A DNA stretch of 32,000 nt from Bacillus subtilis subsp. subtilis str. 168 (GTDB taxonomy: Bacteria > Bacillota > Bacilli > Bacillales > Bacillaceae): the NCBI RefSeq assembly GCF_000009045.1, contig NC_000964.3, positions 1,710,001 through 1,742,000 of the forward strand. Reading direction: 5' to 3'. Below the pieces are notes generated by a model. That model did no database searches and was not told where the DNA came from. It saw only the letters and a list, made by a program, of their open reading frames with translations. Below are positions 11,214 to 24,008 of the stretch, one piece after another; the first letter of the stretch is position 1; each line of letters starts with the position of its first letter. The translations under genes and the position numbers were made by a program.

Positions 11214-11996
11214 ATGCTCAACATACTCAAAAATTGGAAGAATCAGCAAACTGCGGCTTCCAACTTAGAACGTTATACAAAAGAAGACATACTTAAGGGA
11301 GAAATTCCCGAACACATCGCCATTATCATGGATGGAAATGGCCGTTGGGCTAAAAAACGCTCTCTTCCCAGAATTGCAGGCCACCATGAAGGGATGAAGG
11401 TGGTAAAAAGGACCACGAAGCTCGCAAACGAATTAGGTGTCAAAGTACTGACATTGTATGCATTTTCAACAGAAAACTGGAAAAGACCGAAAATGGAGGT
11501 CGATTTTTTAATGAAGCTTCCGGAAGAATTTTTGAATACGTATCTTCCAGAGCTTGTTGAGGAAAATGTACAGGTTCGGATCATTGGGGATGAAACGGCT
11601 TTGCCGGCGCACACATTACGTGCGATTGAAAAAGCTGTACAGGACACGGCGCAAAACGACGGAATGATCCTTAATTTTGCTCTTAACTATGGAGGCCGTA
11701 CTGAAATTGTCAGTGCTGCAAAATCACTCGCGGAAAAAGTGAAGGAAGGCTCTTTGAATATTGAAGACATTGATGAATCGCTTTTTTCTACTTATTTGAT
11801 GACTGAATCTTTGCAGGATCCTGAACTTTTAATTCGAACGAGCGGCGAGATAAGGCTGAGTAATTTTATGCTATGGCAGGTTGCCTACAGTGAATTTGTC
11901 TTTACTGACGTCTTGTGGCCTGACTTTAAAGAAGATCACTTCTTGCAGGCGTTAGGAGAGTTTCAGCAGAGAGGCCGGAGGTTTGGCGGAATTTAG
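11214..11996 (+). CDS. uppS: Undecaprenyl diphosphate synthase
   Basis: 260 aa. IAIIMDGNGRWAKKR, STENWKRP and LLIRTSGEIRLSNFMLWQ motifs. Confidence 0.97.
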   Translation: MLNILKNWKNQQTAASNLERYTKEDILKGEIPEHIAIIMDGNGRWAKKRSLPRIAGHHEGMKVVKRTTKLANELGVKVLTLYAFSTENWKRPKMEVDFLMKLPEEFLNTYLPELVEENVQVRIIGDETALPAHTLRAIEKAVQDTAQNDGMILNFALNYGGRTEIVSAAKSLAEKVKEGSLNIEDIDESLFSTYLMTESLQDPELLIRTSGEIRLSNFMLWQVAYSEFVFTDVLWPDFKEDHFLQALGEFQQRGRRFGGI

Positions 11997-11999
11997 AGG

Positions 12000-12809
12000 A
12001 TGGTGGACATGAAACAAAGAATTTTGACAGGTGTTCTGGCAGCAATTGTATTTTTATTTTTGGTTATTGTCGGGAAATTGCCGTTCACCATATTAATTTA
12101 TGCTATGGGCAGTGTGGCGCTTTTTGAACTTTTACGGATGAAAAAGCTGAAGCTGGTTTCACTGCCGGGTTTGATCGGTCTTTTATTATTGTGGATGTTC
12201 TTATTACCAAGCCAGTATTCGTTTTTTGAAGCGGACGGGATTTCCAAAATGGAAATCGCTTTATTTGCGGTACTGCTATTGCTGACTTACACAGTGTTGG
12301 TCAAGAACACCTTTACTTTTGATGAAGTCGGGTTTATTACGCTTGCAGCAATTTACATCGGAATGTGTTTTCATTATTTTATCGAAATCAGAAATCTTGA
12401 CCAATACGGATTAACATACATTTTTTATGCGTGTGTTGTCATTTGGTCCACCGATTCCGGTGCCTATTTTGTCGGTAAATCGCTTGGGAAGCGGAAACTG
12501 TGGCCTGAAATCAGTCCGAATAAAACAGTGGAAGGGTTTGCAGGCGGAATTGTCATCGCACTTGTATTGGCGACGATTTTTCAGCTTGTTGCACAACTTC
12601 CGATCCCGTATATCTATCTGCTGTTGATCACGCTGTTTTTGTCTGTTTTTGGACAACTGGGAGATTTAGTGGAATCCGCCTTGAAAAGACATTACGATGT
12701 AAAGGATTCTGGGAATATTCTTCCCGGGCATGGCGGTATATTAGACCGTTTTGACAGTTTCTTGTTTGTCATGCCTTTCTTGTACTTTCTGCTTGCCCTT
12801 TTTTCATAA
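12000..12809 (+). CDS. cdsA: Phosphatidate cytidylyltransferase
   Basis: 269 aa polytopic membrane protein. C-terminal CdsA signature (GDLVESALKRHYDVKDSGNILPGHGGILDRFDS). Confidence 0.96.
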   Translation: MVDMKQRILTGVLAAIVFLFLVIVGKLPFTILIYAMGSVALFELLRMKKLKLVSLPGLIGLLLLWMFLLPSQYSFFEADGISKMEIALFAVLLLLTYTVLVKNTFTFDEVGFITLAAIYIGMCFHYFIEIRNLDQYGLTYIFYACVVIWSTDSGAYFVGKSLGKRKLWPEISPNKTVEGFAGGIVIALVLATIFQLVAQLPIPYIYLLLITLFLSVFGQLGDLVESALKRHYDVKDSGNILPGHGGILDRFDSFLFVMPFLYFLLALFS

Positions 12810-12870
12810 AAAAGTCTAATATGAATATGAGACTGATCATGCAGCAATAAGAATAGGAGTAGTGGCAACT

Positions 12871-14022
12871 TTGAAAAATATTTGTCTTTTAGGAGCAACA
12901 GGATCAATCGGCGAACAGACTCTTGATGTACTGCGTGCACATCAAGACCAATTTCAGCTGGTATCTATGTCGTTTGGCAGAAATATTGATAAGGCCGTTC
13001 CAATGATTGAGGTCTTTCAGCCGAAGTTTGTCTCTGTCGGTGATCTGGATACATATCATAAATTAAAACAAATGTCTTTTTCTTTTGAATGCCAAATCGG
13101 GCTGGGAGAAGAAGGACTGATAGAAGCAGCAGTGATGGAGGAGGTTGACATTGTTGTCAACGCTTTGCTTGGAAGCGTCGGTCTTATCCCGACATTAAAG
13201 GCAATTGAACAGAAAAAAACAATTGCGCTTGCAAATAAGGAAACTCTTGTCACTGCAGGGCATATAGTAAAAGAACATGCTAAGAAATATGATGTTCCGC
13301 TGCTGCCTGTTGACAGTGAGCATTCAGCCATTTTTCAAGCTCTTCAAGGCGAACAGGCTAAAAACATTGAACGCCTCATCATTACGGCATCCGGCGGAAG
13401 TTTTCGGGACAAGACGCGGGAGGAGCTCGAATCAGTAACGGTTGAAGATGCATTAAAACATCCAAACTGGTCAATGGGTGCAAAAATTACAATTGATTCG
13501 GCTACAATGATGAATAAGGGATTAGAGGTGATCGAGGCACACTGGCTTTTCGATATACCTTATGAACAAATTGATGTGGTTTTACATAAGGAGAGCATCA
13601 TCCATTCAATGGTTGAGTTCCATGATAAAAGTGTGATCGCACAGCTCGGAACTCCGGATATGAGAGTCCCCATTCAATATGCGCTCACTTATCCTGACCG
13701 ATTGCCATTACCAGATGCGAAAAGGCTTGAATTATGGGAAATCGGCAGCCTTCATTTTGAGAAAGCTGATTTTGACAGGTTCCGATGCTTACAATTTGCT
13801 TTTGAATCAGGTAAAATAGGAGGAACAATGCCGACAGTGCTAAATGCGGCAAACGAAGTAGCTGTCGCTGCCTTTTTAGCTGGCAAGATACCGTTTTTGG
13901 CTATTGAAGACTGTATCGAAAAGGCACTAACCCGCCATCAATTACTGAAAAAACCGAGCCTGGCGGACATTCAAGAAGTGGACAAAGATACCCGGGGATA
14001 CGTCAATTCAATACTCACATAA
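12871..14022 (+). CDS. dxr: 1-deoxy-D-xylulose 5-phosphate reductoisomerase (383 aa using a TTG start at 12871)
   Basis: [26 protein letters not shown] and [18 protein letters not shown] motifs. The tracked ORF start (GTG 12862) sits too close to the AGGAG. Confidence 0.94.
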   Translation: MKNICLLGATGSIGEQTLDVLRAHQDQFQLVSMSFGRNIDKAVPMIEVFQPKFVSVGDLDTYHKLKQMSFSFECQIGLGEEGLIEAAVMEEVDIVVNALLGSVGLIPTLKAIEQKKTIALANKETLVTAGHIVKEHAKKYDVPLLPVDSEHSAIFQALQGEQAKNIERLIITASGGSFRDKTREELESVTVEDALKHPNWSMGAKITIDSATMMNKGLEVIEAHWLFDIPYEQIDVVLHKESIIHSMVEFHDKSVIAQLGTPDMRVPIQYALTYPDRLPLPDAKRLELWEIGSLHFEKADFDRFRCLQFAFESGKIGGTMPTVLNAANEVAVAAFLAGKIPFLAIEDCIEKALTRHQLLKKPSLADIQEVDKDTRGYVNSILT

Positions 14023-14028
14023 GGTGGT

Positions 14029-15297
14029 ATGTTCGTGAATACAGTTATAGCGTTTATCATTATTTTCGGAACGCTCGTTTTCTTCCATGAACTGGGCCAT
14101 TTATTGCTAGCCCAAAGAGCGGGAATTCTCTGCCGTGAATTTGCGATCGGCTTCGGTCCAAAGATTTTTTCTTTCAAAAAAAATGAAACAGTTTATACGA
14201 TCAGGCTGCTTCCGGTCGGCGGATTTGTTCGTATGGCCGGCGAAGATCCGGAAATGATTGAGGTGAAACCCGGATACACGGTCGGGCTTCTGTTTAATAA
14301 GGAAGATCAAGTTGAGAAAGTCATCATCAATCAAAAGGAAAAATATCCGGATGCTTTAGTCATTGAAGTGGAAACAGCGGATCTAGAGCATGACATGAAG
14401 ATCACCGGTTATGAACAGGGGAAAGAGGACGAACTTTCCAGCTTTACTGTCAGCGAAACATCCTTTTTTATTGTAGACGGAGAAGAAGTGCAGATTGCGC
14501 CGTATAATCGCCAATTTGGTTCCAAACCTGTATGGCAGCGGATTAAAGCAATTGCTGCAGGGCCGATTATGAACTTTATTTTAGCTTACGTCATTTTAGT
14601 GATGCTTGGGCTGATTCAAGGCGTACCGTCAAATGAACCTATGCTCGGGCAGCTGACAGACAATGGACGGGCGGCTGAAGCAGGGCTAAAAGAAGGGGAT
14701 TATATCCAAAGCATTAACGGAGAGAAAATGAGGTCTTGGACTGACATTGTCTCCGCTGTAAAAGAAAACCCGGAGAAAGAAATGGACGTTGCAGTAAAAA
14801 GAGATAACAAAACGCTTCATATTTCGGTGACTCCGGAAGCTGTTAAAGATGAGAACAAAAAAACAATCGGACGTTTCGGTTCCTATGCGCCGACTGAAAA
14901 AGGCGTACTCTCAGCGGTTGCTTACGGCGCGACATCAACAGTTGATGTCACCAAAGCCATTTTAACCAATCTGAGCAAATTAGTAACAGGCCAATTTAAA
15001 CTCGATATGCTGTCAGGTCCTGTCGGCATATATGACATGACAGACCAAGTGGCGAAAACAGGGATCGTGAACTTATTTCAGTTTGCGGCGTTTTTAAGCA
15101 TTAACCTTGGGATTGTCAACCTGCTTCCGATTCCGGCACTTGACGGAGGAAGACTGTTGTTTCTATTTATTGAAGCGATTCGGGGCAAACCGATTAACAG
15201 GGAAAAAGAAGCATTTGTTGTGTTTATCGGAGTAGCTTTCTTAATGCTTCTTATGCTGGTTGTCACATGGAACGATATCCAGCGGCTGTTTTTGTAA
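14029..15297 (+). CDS. rasP: Site-2 intramembrane zinc metalloprotease RasP (YluC, RseP family)
   Basis: 422 aa. HELGHLLLA (HExxH), PDZ-like segment (GRAAEAGLKEGDYIQSINGE) and LLPIPALDGGRL. Confidence 0.96.
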   Translation: MFVNTVIAFIIIFGTLVFFHELGHLLLAQRAGILCREFAIGFGPKIFSFKKNETVYTIRLLPVGGFVRMAGEDPEMIEVKPGYTVGLLFNKEDQVEKVIINQKEKYPDALVIEVETADLEHDMKITGYEQGKEDELSSFTVSETSFFIVDGEEVQIAPYNRQFGSKPVWQRIKAIAAGPIMNFILAYVILVMLGLIQGVPSNEPMLGQLTDNGRAAEAGLKEGDYIQSINGEKMRSWTDIVSAVKENPEKEMDVAVKRDNKTLHISVTPEAVKDENKKTIGRFGSYAPTEKGVLSAVAYGATSTVDVTKAILTNLSKLVTGQFKLDMLSGPVGIYDMTDQVAKTGIVNLFQFAAFLSINLGIVNLLPIPALDGGRLLFLFIEAIRGKPINREKEAFVVFIGVAFLMLLMLVVTWNDIQRLFL

Positions 15298-15308
15298 ACG
15301 AAAAGTAA

Positions 15309-17024
<1,716 letters not shown>

Positions 17025-17069
17025 TCACCATAACGATTTATCAAAAAACATGTTAAAATAGAAATAATA

Positions 17070-17098
17070 GAAGGTACCTCATTGCCTGAGGTACCTTC
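17070..17098 (+). repeat. Perfect 12-bp inverted repeat in the proS-polC intergenic region
   Basis: GAAGGTACCTCA (17070-17081), TTGCC loop, TGAGGTACCTTC (17087-17098). No T-run on either strand. Confidence 0.9.
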
Positions 17099-17132
17099 AC
17101 TTATGATGTTTTTAGGGAGGGATACTGTCTTA

Positions 17133-20100
17133 ATGGAACAGTTATCAGTAAACAGAAGGCAGTTTCAAATTCTTCTGCAGCAGATTAATATGACAGATGA
17201 TACCTTCATGACATACTTTGAACATGGCGAGATTAAAAAGCTGACAATTCACAAAGCTTCTAAGTCTTGGCATTTTCATTTTCAATTTAAATCTTTGCTG
17301 CCTTTTCAAATATATGACACATTAACAACGAGGCTGACGCAATCGTTTGCCCACATAGCAAAAGTGACATCTTCAATTGAAGTTCAGGATGCCGAGGTCA
17401 GTGAAAGTATCGTTCAAGACTACTGGTCACGCTGCATTGAAGAACTGCAGGGCATTTCGCCGCCGATTATCAGTCTTTTAAACCAGCAAAAACCGAAGCT
17501 GAAGGGCAATAAACTGATTGTCAAAACCAAAACAGATACAGAAGCGGCTGCGCTAAAGAACAAATACAGTTCCATGATTCAAGCAGAATACCGTCAATTT
17601 GGCTTTCCGGATCTTCAGCTTGATGCTGAAATATTTGTATCCGAGCAAGAAGTTCAAAAGTTTCGGGAGCAAAAGCTTGCGGAAGACCAAGAGCGGGCTA
17701 TGCAGGCCTTGATTGAAATGGAGAAGAAAGATAAAGAAAGTGATGAAGACCAAGCACCATCTGGTCCTCTTGTTATCGGTTATCAAATTAAAGATAACGA
17801 GGAAATCCGAACACTTGACAGCATCATGGACGAAGAACGGAGAATTACGGTCCAAGGTTATGTGTTTGATGTGGAGACGCGCGAGCTGAAGAGCGGGCGC
17901 ACGCTGTGTATCTTCAAAATTACAGACTATACAAATAGTATTTTGATCAAAATGTTTGCACGTGAAAAAGAAGATGCGGCGCTGATGAAGTCTCTGAAAA
18001 AAGGAATGTGGGTAAAAGCACGCGGAAGCATTCAAAATGATACATTTGTCAGAGACCTTGTCATGATCGCAAATGACGTAAACGAAATAAAAGCAAAAAC
18101 CCGTGAAGATTCAGCACCTGAAGGAGAAAAAAGAGTGGAATTGCATCTTCATTCCCCAATGAGCCAAATGGATGCTGTTACGGGTATCGGAAAGCTTGTC
18201 GAACAGGCGAAAAAATGGGGGCATGAGGCCATCGCTTTGACCGACCATGCTGTCGTTCAATCCTTCCCTGATGCGTATTCTGCGGCCAAAAAGCATGGAA
18301 TTAAAATGATTTACGGGATGGAAGCGAATCTCGTGGATGATGGCGTGCCAATTGCTTATAATGCCGCACATCGTCTGCTCGAAGAAGAAACATATGTTGT
18401 TTTTGACGTTGAGACGACAGGATTGTCTGCTGTATACGATACCATTATTGAGCTGGCTGCAGTAAAAGTAAAAGGCGGAGAAATTATTGATAAATTTGAG
18501 GCGTTTGCGAACCCGCATCGTCCGCTTTCCGCCACAATCATAGAGCTGACAGGGATCACAGATGATATGCTACAAGACGCTCCGGATGTCGTAGATGTAA
18601 TAAGAGATTTCAGAGAATGGATTGGCGATGATATTCTTGTCGCTCATAATGCAAGCTTTGATATGGGATTCTTAAATGTAGCCTATAAAAAACTTCTTGA
18701 AGTCGAAAAAGCTAAAAACCCAGTCATTGATACGCTTGAACTTGGACGTTTTCTCTATCCGGAATTTAAGAACCACCGGTTGAACACACTTTGTAAAAAG
18801 TTTGATATCGAGCTCACACAGCATCACCGTGCGATCTATGATACTGAGGCAACCGCTTATTTGCTTCTGAAAATGCTGAAAGACGCAGCTGAAAAAGGTA
18901 TTCAGTACCATGATGAGTTGAATGAAAATATGGGTCAGTCCAATGCTTATCAAAGATCAAGACCGTATCATGCAACATTACTTGCCGTGAACAGCACGGG
19001 ACTTAAAAATTTATTTAAGCTTGTGTCACTTTCTCATATTCATTATTTTTACAGAGTGCCGCGTATTCCGAGATCTCAGCTTGAGAAATACAGGGAAGGG
19101 CTTCTGATCGGTTCTGCTTGTGACAGGGGAGAGGTTTTTGAGGGAATGATGCAAAAATCGCCTGAAGAGGTGGAAGATATCGCGTCATTCTATGATTACC
19201 TTGAGGTTCAGCCGCCTGAAGTGTATCGTCACTTGCTGGAGCTTGAACTGGTCCGTGATGAAAAAGCGCTGAAAGAAATTATTGCGAATATCACGAAGCT
19301 GGGGGAAAAGCTTAATAAACCGGTTGTTGCTACGGGAAATGTTCATTACTTGAATGATGAGGATAAAATCTACAGAAAGATTTTAATATCCTCACAAGGC
19401 GGGGCAAATCCGCTGAATAGGCATGAACTGCCGAAAGTGCATTTCAGAACGACAGACGAAATGCTTGAAGCTTTTTCTTTCTTAGGTGAAGAAAAAGCGA
19501 AGGAGATCGTAGTCACCAATACCCAAAAGGTTGCTTCTTTAGTTGATGACATCAAGCCGATTAAAGATGATTTATATACGCCGAAAATCGAAGGCGCTGA
19601 TGAAGAGATCAGAGAAATGAGCTATCAGCGTGCAAGAAGCATTTACGGGGAAGAGCTGCCTGAAATTGTCGAAGCGCGGATTGAAAAAGAGTTAAAGAGT
19701 ATTATTGGCCACGGATTTGCTGTTATTTACTTGATCTCTCACAAACTTGTAAAACGTTCACTAGATGACGGGTATCTCGTTGGTTCCCGTGGTTCCGTAG
19801 GATCTTCATTAGTTGCGACACTTACTGAGATTACTGAGGTAAACCCGCTGCCGCCGCACTATGTTTGTCCTGAGTGCCAGCATTCTGAGTTCTTTAATGA
19901 CGGTTCTGTCGGTTCTGGTTTTGACCTGCCTGACAAGACATGCCCTCATTGCGGAACGCCTTTGAAAAAAGACGGCCATGATATTCCATTTGAAACGTTC
20001 TTAGGATTTAAAGGGGACAAAGTACCTGATATCGATTTGAACTTCTCAGGGGAATATCAGCCGCAAGCACACAATTACACAAAAGTATTGTTCGGAGAAG

Positions 20101-21446
20101 ACAATGTATATCGTGCGGGAACAATAGGCACGGTGGCAGAAAAAACAGCCTACGGTTATGTAAAAGGCTATGCCGGAGACAACAATCTTCATATGCGCGG
20201 TGCCGAAATAGATCGGCTCGTACAGGGATGCACAGGTGTAAAACGTACAACTGGACAGCACCCTGGCGGTATTATCGTAGTTCCGGATTATATGGATATT
20301 TATGATTTTTCACCGATCCAGTTCCCGGCAGATGCCACAGGTTCAGAGTGGAAAACGACTCATTTTGATTTCCACTCCATCCATGACAACCTGTTAAAAC
20401 TTGATATTCTCGGACACGATGACCCGACTGTTATTCGGATGCTTCAAGACTTAAGCGGAATAGATCCGAAAACAATTCCGACGGATGATCCTGAAGTGAT
20501 GAAGATCTTCCAGGGAACCGAATCACTCGGTGTGACTGAAGAACAGATTGGCTGTAAAACGGGCACTCTTGGAATTCCTGAATTCGGAACCCGATTTGTC
20601 CGGCAGATGCTTGAAGATACAAAGCCGACCACTTTTTCTGAGCTCGTTCAGATTTCAGGCTTGTCTCACGGAACTGATGTATGGCTTGGCAATGCACAGG
20701 AGCTCATCCACAATAATATTTGTGAGCTGAGTGAGGTTATCGGCTGCCGTGATGACATTATGGTTTATTTAATCTATCAAGGCCTTGAGCCGTCCCTTGC
20801 CTTTAAAATCATGGAATTCGTGCGTAAAGGAAAAGGATTAACGCCTGAATGGGAAGAAGAAATGAAAAATAACAATGTCCCAGACTGGTATATTGATTCC
20901 TGTAAAAAGATTAAATACATGTTCCCGAAAGCCCACGCCGCGGCATATGTCTTAATGGCAGTCCGCATTGCTTACTTTAAAGTGCATCATGCTCTTTTGT
21001 ATTATGCGGCTTATTTTACCGTTCGTGCAGATGACTTTGATATTGATACAATGATCAAGGGCTCTACAGCAATCAGAGCGGTAATGGAGGATATAAACGC
21101 TAAAGGACTTGATGCTTCACCGAAGGAAAAGAACCTTCTGACTGTTTTAGAATTAGCGCTTGAGATGTGTGAGAGAGGCTATTCATTCCAAAAAGTCGAT
21201 TTATATCGCTCCAGCGCCACAGAGTTTATTATTGACGGCAACAGTCTTATTCCGCCGTTTAACTCTATTCCAGGGTTAGGGACGAACGCTGCTTTGAACA
21301 TTGTAAAAGCTCGCGAAGAAGGCGAATTCCTCTCAAAAGAAGATTTGCAAAAGAGAGGGAAAGTATCAAAAACGATTTTAGAGTACTTAGATCGCCATGG
21401 CTGTCTGGAGTCACTGCCTGATCAAAACCAATTGTCACTGTTCTAA
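17133..21446 (+). CDS. polC: DNA polymerase III alpha subunit, PolC type with embedded 3'-5' exonuclease (1437 aa using the ATG at 17133)
   Basis: PHP domain ([16 protein letters not shown]), exonuclease ([23 protein letters not shown]), zinc motif (CPECQ...CPHCG) and a Pol III alpha palm/fingers region ([13 protein letters not shown]). The ATG at 17133 follows AGGGAGG. The tracked start (17082) would read out of the preceding hairpin. Confidence 0.98.
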   Translation: MEQLSVNRRQFQILLQQINMTDDTFMTYFEHGEIKKLTIHKASKSWHFHFQFKSLLPFQIYDTLTTRLTQSFAHIAKVTSSIEVQDAEVSESIVQDYWSRCIEELQGISPPIISLLNQQKPKLKGNKLIVKTKTDTEAAALKNKYSSMIQAEYRQFGFPDLQLDAEIFVSEQEVQKFREQKLAEDQERAMQALIEMEKKDKESDEDQAPSGPLVIGYQIKDNEEIRTLDSIMDEERRITVQGYVFDVETRELKSGRTLCIFKITDYTNSILIKMFAREKEDAALMKSLKKGMWVKARGSIQNDTFVRDLVMIANDVNEIKAKTREDSAPEGEKRVELHLHSPMSQMDAVTGIGKLVEQAKKWGHEAIALTDHAVVQSFPDAYSAAKKHGIKMIYGMEANLVDDGVPIAYNAAHRLLEEETYVVFDVETTGLSAVYDTIIELAAVKVKGGEIIDKFEAFANPHRPLSATIIELTGITDDMLQDAPDVVDVIRDFREWIGDDILVAHNASFDMGFLNVAYKKLLEVEKAKNPVIDTLELGRFLYPEFKNHRLNTLCKKFDIELTQHHRAIYDTEATAYLLLKMLKDAAEKGIQYHDELNENMGQSNAYQRSRPYHATLLAVNSTGLKNLFKLVSLSHIHYFYRVPRIPRSQLEKYREGLLIGSACDRGEVFEGMMQKSPEEVEDIASFYDYLEVQPPEVYRHLLELELVRDEKALKEIIANITKLGEKLNKPVVATGNVHYLNDEDKIYRKILISSQGGANPLNRHELPKVHFRTTDEMLEAFSFLGEEKAKEIVVTNTQKVASLVDDIKPIKDDLYTPKIEGADEEIREMSYQRARSIYGEELPEIVEARIEKELKSIIGHGFAVIYLISHKLVKRSLDDGYLVGSRGSVGSSLVATLTEITEVNPLPPHYVCPECQHSEFFNDGSVGSGFDLPDKTCPHCGTPLKKDGHDIPFETFLGFKGDKVPDIDLNFSGEYQPQAHNYTKVLFGEDNVYRAGTIGTVAEKTAYGYVKGYAGDNNLHMRGAEIDRLVQGCTGVKRTTGQHPGGIIVVPDYMDIYDFSPIQFPADATGSEWKTTHFDFHSIHDNLLKLDILGHDDPTVIRMLQDLSGIDPKTIPTDDPEVMKIFQGTESLGVTEEQIGCKTGTLGIPEFGTRFVRQMLEDTKPTTFSELVQISGLSHGTDVWLGNAQELIHNNICELSEVIGCRDDIMVYLIYQGLEPSLAFKIMEFVRKGKGLTPEWEEEMKNNNVPDWYIDSCKKIKYMFPKAHAAAYVLMAVRIAYFKVHHALLYYAAYFTVRADDFDIDTMIKGSTAIRAVMEDINAKGLDASPKEKNLLTVLELALEMCERGYSFQKVDLYRSSATEFIIDGNSLIPPFNSIPGLGTNAALNIVKAREEGEFLSKEDLQKRGKVSKTILEYLDRHGCLESLPDQNQLSLF

Positions 21447-21452
21447 TATGGA

Positions 21453-21479
21453 AAGCAGAATTTCTCAGAAATTCTGCTT
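21453..21479 (+). terminator. Hairpin immediately after polC (possible terminator)
   Basis: AAGCAGAATTT (21453-21463), CTCAG loop, AAATTCTGCTT (21469-21479), 11 bp perfect. Only a short T run at the 3' arm. Confidence 0.5.
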
Positions 21480-21624
21480 CTATGCATACATAAGCGCAAA
21501 AAGTGCCATCGTAATATTAGAGTTTCTGTCACTTGCTTAGGTATGAAGGTAAGCGTATATCCATTTGCAATAAAAATATGGTTATGGTATAGTTTTATTG
21601 GAAATGCTAACGATTACCGAGGCA

Positions 21625-21648
21625 AAGAGTGGGGAAACCCGCTCTTTT
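21625..21648 (+). promoter_or_regulatory. Upstream leader hairpin of the rimP-nusA operon
   Basis: AAAGAGTGGG, GAAA tetraloop, CCCGCTCTTT; 10 bp with one G-U. Confidence 0.65.
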
Positions 21649-21699
21649 GTATTGAACAGGAGAATTTTGTCTCGACATGTTCATCGTTTACTTTTTAGC

Positions 21700-21727
21700 C
21701 CCTGCTCTTTTGAAGCAGGGTTTTTAT
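21700..21727 (+). terminator. Terminator-like hairpin in the leader of the rimP-nusA operon
   Basis: CCCTGCT, CTTTTGA loop, AGCAGGG, followed by TTTTT, about 50 nt upstream of the rimP start. Confidence 0.75.
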
Positions 21728-21775
21728 GCAGAGTGACGAGACGAATATGAGATCGACAGCACAAGGAGGAAGAAC

Positions 21776-22246
21776 ATGAGCAAAAAAGTGACTGACACCG
21801 TTCAAGAAATGGCTCAGCCAATCGTAGACAGCCTTCAGCTGGAACTCGTTGACATTGAATTTGTCAAAGAGGGCCAAAGCTGGTTCCTTCGCGTGTTTAT
21901 TGATTCCGATGACGGTGTGGATATTGAGGAATGTGCCAAAGTAAGCGAAGCTTTAAGCGAAAAGCTTGATGAGGCAGACCCAATCAGCCAAAATTACTTT
22001 CTTGAAGTCTCATCTCCAGGAGCTGAGCGTCCGCTAAAGAAAAAAGCCGATTTCGAAAAATCACTAGGAAAAAACGTATACATTAAGACGTATGAGCCTA
22101 TTGACGGCGTAAAAGTGTTTGAAGGTGAACTGGCTGAATTTGATGGACAAACAGTGACAGTTGAGATCACGATCAAAACAAGAAAGAAACGGATCAATAT
22201 TCCGTATGAAAAGATAGCTAATGCAAGATTAGCTGTTACATTCTAA
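21776..22246 (+). CDS. rimP: Ribosome maturation factor RimP (YlxS)
   Basis: 156 aa. [29 protein letters not shown] and [15 protein letters not shown] motifs. Confidence 0.96.
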   Translation: MSKKVTDTVQEMAQPIVDSLQLELVDIEFVKEGQSWFLRVFIDSDDGVDIEECAKVSEALSEKLDEADPISQNYFLEVSSPGAERPLKKKADFEKSLGKNVYIKTYEPIDGVKVFEGELAEFDGQTVTVEITIKTRKKRINIPYEKIANARLAVTF

Positions 22247-22280
22247 TGAATACAAATGTTTTAAGGGGGGAGACCGTTAA

Positions 22281-23396
22281 ATGAGCAGTGAATTATTAGA
22301 TGCTCTCACGATTCTTGAAAAAGAAAAAGGCATCAGTAAAGAAATTATCATCGAAGCAATCGAAGCTGCGTTAATTTCTGCTTATAAGCGGAATTTTAAT
22401 CAAGCGCAAAATGTACGGGTGGATCTAAACCGTGAAACTGGCTCCATCCGTGTATTTGCAAGAAAAGATGTCGTTGACGAAGTATACGACCAGAGATTAG
22501 AAATCTCAATTGAAGAGGCACAGGGCATCCATCCGGAATATATGGTCGGCGATGTCGTCGAAATCGAAGTTACACCTAAGGATTTCGGGCGCATAGCTGC
22601 TCAAACAGCGAAGCAGGTCGTCACACAGCGTGTGCGCGAAGCTGAGCGCGGTGTGATTTATTCTGAATTTATCGACCGTGAAGAAGACATCATGACAGGG
22701 ATCGTCCAGCGTCTGGACAATAAATTTATCTACGTGTCTTTAGGCAAAATAGAAGCCTTGCTGCCGGTTAATGAGCAAATGCCGAATGAAAGCTACAAGC
22801 CCCATGACCGCATTAAGGTATATATCACAAAAGTAGAAAAAACAACGAAGGGTCCGCAGATTTATGTGTCAAGAACACATCCAGGCCTGTTAAAGCGTTT
22901 GTTTGAAATTGAAGTGCCTGAAATTTATGATGGAACTGTCGAGCTAAAATCTGTTGCCAGAGAAGCCGGCGACCGTTCGAAAATTTCTGTTCGCACAGAT
23001 GATCCTGACGTTGATCCTGTCGGTTCATGCGTAGGGCCTAAAGGCCAGCGTGTGCAAGCAATCGTCAATGAATTAAAAGGTGAAAAAATTGACATTGTCA
23101 ACTGGTCCAGTGATCCTGTAGAATTTGTCGCGAATGCGCTCAGCCCTTCCAAAGTGCTTGATGTCATTGTTAATGAAGAAGAAAAAGCGACAACTGTTAT
23201 TGTTCCTGATTACCAGCTGTCTCTGGCAATTGGAAAAAGAGGACAAAACGCACGCTTAGCTGCTAAACTGACAGGCTGGAAGATTGATATTAAGAGCGAA
23301 ACGGACGCAAGAGAACTTGGAATCTATCCGAGAGAACTTGAAGAAGATGATGAGCCGCTCTTTACGGAGCCTGAAACTGCTGAATCGGATGAATAA
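22281..23396 (+). CDS. nusA: Transcription termination/antitermination factor NusA
   Basis: 371 aa. S1 domain and two KH domains ([40 protein letters not shown]). Confidence 0.98.
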   Translation: MSSELLDALTILEKEKGISKEIIIEAIEAALISAYKRNFNQAQNVRVDLNRETGSIRVFARKDVVDEVYDQRLEISIEEAQGIHPEYMVGDVVEIEVTPKDFGRIAAQTAKQVVTQRVREAERGVIYSEFIDREEDIMTGIVQRLDNKFIYVSLGKIEALLPVNEQMPNESYKPHDRIKVYITKVEKTTKGPQIYVSRTHPGLLKRLFEIEVPEIYDGTVELKSVAREAGDRSKISVRTDDPDVDPVGSCVGPKGQRVQAIVNELKGEKIDIVNWSSDPVEFVANALSPSKVLDVIVNEEEKATTVIVPDYQLSLAIGKRGQNARLAAKLTGWKIDIKSETDARELGIYPRELEEDDEPLFTEPETAESDE

Positions 23397-23409
23397 GAGG
23401 TGACTTTAG

Positions 23410-23685
23410 GTGAATAAACACAAAAAGATCCCATTACGCAAATGTGTAGTGACTGGTGAAATGAAGCCTAAAAAGGAACTGATCCGAGTTGTACGGTCGA
23501 AAGAAGGCGAAATCTCAGTAGACCCGACCGGAAAAAAGAATGGGCGGGGTGCTTATTTAACGCTGGATAAAGAGTGCATCTTAGCAGCAAAAAAGAAAAA
23601 CACTTTGCAAAATCAATTTCAATCACAAATCGATGACCAGATTTTCGATGAATTGCTGGAACTGGCGGAAAAGGTGAAAAAATAA
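23410..23685 (+). CDS. ylxR: YlxR family RNA-binding protein (also called RnpM, an RNase P modulator)
   Basis: 91 aa, GTG start. [19 protein letters not shown] and [13 protein letters not shown] motifs. Located between nusA and ylxQ. Confidence 0.93.
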   Translation: MNKHKKIPLRKCVVTGEMKPKKELIRVVRSKEGEISVDPTGKKNGRGAYLTLDKECILAAKKKNTLQNQFQSQIDDQIFDELLELAEKVKK

Positions 23686-23686
23686 A

Positions 23687-23989
23687 ATGTCTGGAATGGA
23701 ATGGTTTCCCTTGCTGGGTCTGGCCAATCGAGCTCGTAAGGTCGTGTCAGGCGAAGACTTGGTAATAAAAGAAATCAGGAATGCGCGTGCAAAGCTTGTC
23801 CTGCTTACAGAGGATGCATCATCTAACACAGCAAAAAAAGTAACTGACAAGTGCAATTATTATAAAGTCCCTTATAAAAAAGTCGAGAGTCGCGCGGTTC
23901 TTGGACGCTCTATCGGTAAAGAAGCCCGTGTCGTTGTCGCCGTCACTGACCAAGGTTTTGCGAATAAGCTGATCAGCTTGCTCGATTAA
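23687..23989 (+). CDS. ylxQ: L7Ae-family K-turn RNA-binding protein YlxQ
   Basis: 100 aa. L7Ae/L30e-like fold motifs ([34 protein letters not shown]). Synteny. Confidence 0.92.
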   Translation: MSGMEWFPLLGLANRARKVVSGEDLVIKEIRNARAKLVLLTEDASSNTAKKVTDKCNYYKVPYKKVESRAVLGRSIGKEARVVVAVTDQGFANKLISLLD

Positions 23990-24008
23990 TATTTTTGGGG
24001 GTGAACGA

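Noticed and set aside
11019-11230. Short ORFs on both strands over the frr terminator/uppS leader
   Set aside because: They run through the terminator hairpin and the uppS RBS region, and the peptides are low-complexity with no RBS.
17082-17132. N-terminal extension of PolC ([16 protein letters not shown])
   Set aside because: The first codons come from the intergenic hairpin. The ATG at 17133 has a good AGGGAGG RBS and gives the expected 1437-aa protein.
17553-18953. Minus-strand ORFs opposite polC (17553-18035, 18111-18518, 18672-18953)
   Set aside because: All lie fully inside polC, whose + strand protein is unambiguous. The translations show no recognisable domain.
21649-21700. Possible small ORF in the rimP leader
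   Set aside because: No ORF reaches 60 aa in the track and no convincing RBS-start-stop arrangement was visible. RNA structure explains the interval better.
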